Positions 59,241-64,000 of a DNA stretch of 64,000 nucleotides are shown here, in pieces. Origin of the DNA: the human T2T-CHM13v2.0 reference genome, Homo sapiens. Position numbers and translations under genes: made by a program. The notes beneath the pieces are model-generated. The model worked only from the letters and a program-made list of their open reading frames with translations. It ran no database searches and was not told the DNA's origin. How positions within the stretch are numbered: the stretch's first letter is position 1; every line of letters starts with the position of its first letter. The stretch lies in NCBI RefSeq assembly GCF_009914755.1, contig NC_060946.1. One strand, 5' to 3'.

Positions 59241-62200
59241 AATCATCATCGAATGGAATCGATTGAAATCATCGAATGGACTCAAATGGAATCATCATCA
59301 AATGGAATCTAATAGAATCATCGAATGGACTCGAATGGAATCATCATTGAATGGAATCGAATGGAATCATCGAATGTCATTGAATGGAATCATCATCGAA
59401 TGGAATGGAATGGAATCATCGAATGGACTCGAATGGAACAATCATCGAATGGAATTGAATGGAATCATGGAATGGACTTGATTGAAATCATCATCAGATG
59501 AAATCGAATGGAATCATCATCGAATGTAATCGAATGGAATCATCCTCAAATGGAATCGAATAGAATCATCATTGAATGGACTCGAATGAAATCATCGAAT
59601 AGACTCGAATGGAATCATCGAATAGACTAGAATGCAATCGTCATCAATGGGATCGAATGTAGTTATCATCAAATGGAATCGAAAGGAATCATCTTCAAAA
59701 GGAAGTGAATGGAATCATCATCGAATGGAATCGAATGGAATCATTGAATGGAATTGAATGGAATCATCATCAAAAGGAATAGAACTGAATCATCGAATGG
59801 ATTCGAATGGAATCACCGAATGGAATTGAATGGAATCAGCACCGAATGGACTCGAATGGAATCATCATCGAATGTAATAGAATGGAATCATCGAATGCAC
59901 TCGAATGGAATCATCGAATGCACTCGAAGGGAATCATCTTTTGGAATCGAATGGTATCAGTGAATGGACTCGAATGGAAAATCATCGAATTGAATCAAAT
60001 GGAATCATCATTGAAATGAGTAGACTGGACTCATCATCGAAGGGAATCGAATGAAATCATCGAATGGAATTCAATGGAATCATCAAATGGACACGGATGG
60101 AATCATCATCGAATGGAATCTAATGGAATCCTGGAATGGACACGAATGGAATAATCATCGAATGGAATTGAAAGGAGTCATCGAATGGACTCGAATGGAA
60201 TCATCGTCAAATGGAATCAAATGGAATCATCGAATGGCATCAGATGGAATCATCATTGAATGGAATCGAATGGAATCATCAAATGGACTCGAATGGAATA
60301 ATCAAATGGAATCGAAAGGAATAAACATCGAATGGAATCGAATGGAAACATCGATTGGATTCGAATGGAATCATCATGAATGGAATCAAAAGGAATCATC
60401 ATCGAATGAAATCGAATGGAATCAATGACAGGATATGAATGGAATCATTGTCGAATGGAATCGAATGGAATCATCGAATGGACTCGAATGGAATCATCAT
60501 CAAATGGAATAGAAAGGAATCATCAAAAGGAATTGAATGGAATCATCATCGAAAGAAATTGAATGGAATCATTAAATGGAATCGAGTACAATCATTGTTG
60601 AATGGACTCGAATGGAATCATCGAATGGACTCGAATGGAATCATCATCAAATGGATTCGAATGGAATCATTGAATGGAATCGAATGGAATCATCAAATAG
60701 ACTCGAATGGAATTATCATTGCATGGAATCAAATGGAATCATTGAATGGAATCAAATGCAATCATAATCGAATGTAATCATATGGAATCATCAAATTGAA
60801 TCAAATAGAGTCATCATCGAATGAAATCACATGGAATCATTGAAAGCATTCAAAAGGAATCATCATCGAATGGAATTGAATGGAAACAACGAATGGAATA
60901 GAATGGAAGCATCATCAAATGGAATCATCGAATGGACTCGGTTGGAATCATCGTTGAATTGAATCGAATGGAATCATCATCAAATGGAAACAAATGGAAT
61001 CATCATTGAATGGAATCAAATGCAATCATCATCAAAAGGAATCGAATGGAATTATCATCGAATGGAATCAAATGGAATCATCTTTGAATAGAATCAAATG
61101 GAATCATCGAATGGAAACGAATGGAATCATAAACGAAGGGAATCCAATGGAATCATCATCAAATGGAACTGAATGGAATCATTGAATGGAATCGAATCAA
61201 ATCATTGAATGGACTCAAATGGAATCATCATTGAATGGATTTGAATGGAAACATCGAATGGACTCTAATGGAATCATCATTGAATGGAATCAAAAGGAAT
61301 CATCATCGAATGAAATCAAATGGAATCAATGAATGGACTCAAATGGAATCATCATCGAATGGAATCAAATGGAATCATGGAATTTACTCGAATGGAATCA
61401 TCATCGAATTGAAATGAATGGAATCATCAAAATGAATCGAATGGAATCTTAATCAAATGAAACCGAATGGAATCATCGAGTGGCATCAAATGGAATCATC
61501 ATCCACTGGAATCAAATAGAATCATCTAACAGACTCGAATCAAATCATCATCGAATTGAATCGAATGGAATTATCGAATGGAAACGAATGGAATCATCAT
61601 GGAATGGAATCAAATGGAAACATCAGCGAATGGAATCGAATGGAATCATCAAAAGGAATAGAATGGAATCATTTTCGAATGGAATCGAATAGAATCATCG
61701 AATGAAATCGAATGGAATCATCATCAAAAGGAATCCAATGGAATCATCATCAAATGGAATCGAATGGGATCATCATCAAATGGAACCGAATACAATGATC
61801 ATCAAGTGGAATAGAATAGAATCATGAATAAAGGGAATCAAATGGAATCATCGAATGGAATCTAATGGAATCATCATCAAATGGAACTGAATGGAATCAT
61901 CATCAAATGGAACCTAAAGGGGTAATTTTCGAATGGATTCTAGTGGAATGATCATCGAAAGGCATTGAATGGAATTATGGAATGGAATCAAATGGAATCA
62001 TCATCAAATGGAATCGAATGGAAACATCGAATGGACACGAATGGAATCCTCTTTGAATGGACTCGAATGGAATCATCCTCGAATGGAAACGAATAGAATC
62101 ATCATTGAATGGACTCTAATGAAATCATCAAATAGACTCGAATAGAATCATTGAATGTACTAGAATGCAATCGTCATCACTGGGATCGTATGTAATTATC

Positions 62201-63487
62201 ATCAAATGGAATCAAAAGGAATCACCTTCAAAAGGAATCGAAAGGAATCATCATCAAATGGAATCGAATGGAATCATTGAATGGAATCATCATCAAAAGG
62301 AATTGAAGTGAATCATCGAGAGGTATTGAATGGAATCATCTAATGGAATCAAATGGAATCATCATCGAATGGACTCGAATGGAATCATCATCGAATGGAA
62401 TAGAATAGGAACATCGAATGCACTCGATTGGAATCATCAAATGGACTCGAAGGGAATCATCGATTGGAATCGAATGGAATCAGCAAATGGACTCGAATGG
62501 AATCATCAAATGGAATCGAATAGAATCATCTAATGGAATCGAATGGAATCATCATCAAATGGAATCAAATTAAATCATAGAATGGACACGAATGGAATCA
62601 TCACTGAATGAAGTAGAATGGAATCATCATCGAATGGAATCAAAAGCAATCATCAAATGGATTCGAATAGAATCATCAAAGGGACACAAATGGAATCATC
62701 ATCAAATGGAATCAGATGGAATCAACTAATGGAATCAACTGGTATCATCATCGAAATGAATCAAATGGAATCATCTAATGGACTGGAATTGAATCCTAAT
62801 CAAATGGAATCGAATGGAATCATCAAATGGACAAGAATGGAATCCTTATGGAATGGAATCAAATGGAATTATCAAATGGACTCAAACGGAATCATCATCG
62901 AATAGAATCAAATTGAATCATCGTTGAATGGGCTCGAATGGAATCATCAAATGGACTGGAATGGAATCATCAAAAGGACTTGAATGCAATCATAATCAAT
63001 AGAATCGAACGGAATCAGCATCGAACGGAATCAAATGGAATCATCATCAAATGGAATCAAATGGAATCATCGAATGAAATCGGATGTAATCATCATCGAA
63101 TGGAATCGAATGGAATCATCATCAAATGGAATCCAATGGAATCACCATCAAATAGAACCAAACTGAATCATTGAATGGACTCGAAAGGAATCATCGAATG
63201 GACTCGAATGGAATCATCTTCAAATGGAATCGAATGGAAACATCGAATGGACTCGAATGGAATCATTGAACAGAGTTGAACGGAATCATCATCAAATGGA
63301 ATCAAATGGAATCATTGAATAGTGTCAAATGGAATCATCATCGAATGGAGTCAAATGGAATCATCGAATGGAATCAAATGGAATCTTCATAGAATCGAAC
63401 CGAATGGAATCATCTTCAAATGGAATCGGATGGAATCATTGAATGGACTCGAATAGAATCATCATCGAATGGAATCTAATGGAATCG

Positions 63488-63593
63488 TCATCGAATGGAA
63501 TCGAATGGAATCATGGAATGGAATAGAATGGAATCATCATCGAATGGAATCGAATGGAATCATGGAATGGAATAGAATGGAATCATCATCGAA
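63488..63593 (+). repeat. Perfect 49-bp tandem duplication in inverted HSat2
   Basis: TCATCGAATGGAATCGAATGGAATCATGGAATGGAATAGAATGGAATCA at 63488 and 63537. Confidence 0.88.
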
Positions 63594-64000
63594 CAGAATC
63601 GAATGGAATCATCATTGAATGGAATTGAATGGAAACATCATCGAAAGGAATTCAATGTAATCACCATAGAATGGAATCAAATGGATTCATCAACGAATGC
63701 AATCGAATGGAATCATCAACAGGAATCATCATCGAATGAAATTGAAAAAATCATCGAATGGAATTGAATGCAATCATCATCTAATGGAATTGAATGAAAT
63801 CATCATTGAATGGAATTGAATGGAATCATCGAAAGGAATCGAATGGAATAAACATCAAATGCAATTGAATGAAATCTTCAAATGAAATCGAATGGAATCA
63901 TTGAATGGAATTGAATGAAATCATCATCGAATGGAATTGAATGAAATCATCATCACATGGAATCAAATGGAATGATCGAATGGAATCGCACGGATTCATC

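Larger units (their letters stand above)
50307..64000 (-). repeat. HSat2 array in inverted orientation (GAATGGAATCATCATC on +); open at right edge
   Basis: Reverse complement of the block 1 pattern: GAATGGAATCGAATGGAATCATCATC and GAATGGACTCGAATGGAATCATC. First CATCATC begins at 50307. Confidence 0.96.

Noticed and set aside
1-64000. CRISPR-like array of 23-49-bp repeats
   Set aside because: No unique spacers between repeats, no leader and no cas genes; the intervening sequence is itself satellite.
1-64000. Alpha satellite, CENP-B boxes, telomeric repeats, Alu/L1, rRNA or tRNA
   Set aside because: None recognised on either strand by eye; no stretch departs from pentamer-derived sequence for more than about 50 bp.

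Overview
The whole 64 kb is classical human-type (hominid) pericentromeric satellite DNA. I see no credible gene, RNA gene, transposon, CRISPR array or new enzymatic system, and every ORF in the track is a translation artefact of pentamer-derived repeats. There are three blocks. (1) 1-30755 is diverged satellite II (HSat2: CATTCGATTC / CATTCGAGTC / GATGATGAT in 23- and 26-bp units) with the CATTC strand on +. (2) 30756-50306 is about 19.5 kb of satellite III (HSat3: (GGAAT)n with GGACTCGAAT variants) with the GGAAT strand on +. (3) 50307-64000 is HSat2 again, inverted relative to block 1 and sharing rare landmark variants with it. The main structural signal is a sharp junction at 30755/30756 where family and strand change together. 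Internal paralogs show that both sides are truncated there, which fits an inversion breakpoint and predicts the reciprocal junction. The second junction (50288-50306) keeps the same orientation and passes through a 19-bp motif common to both families. Nested tandem duplications run from 23 bp to about 2.2 kb, and some can be ordered in time. Species, chromosome and subfamily cannot be fixed without a database search. All alignments were done by eye, so duplication edges are approximate.
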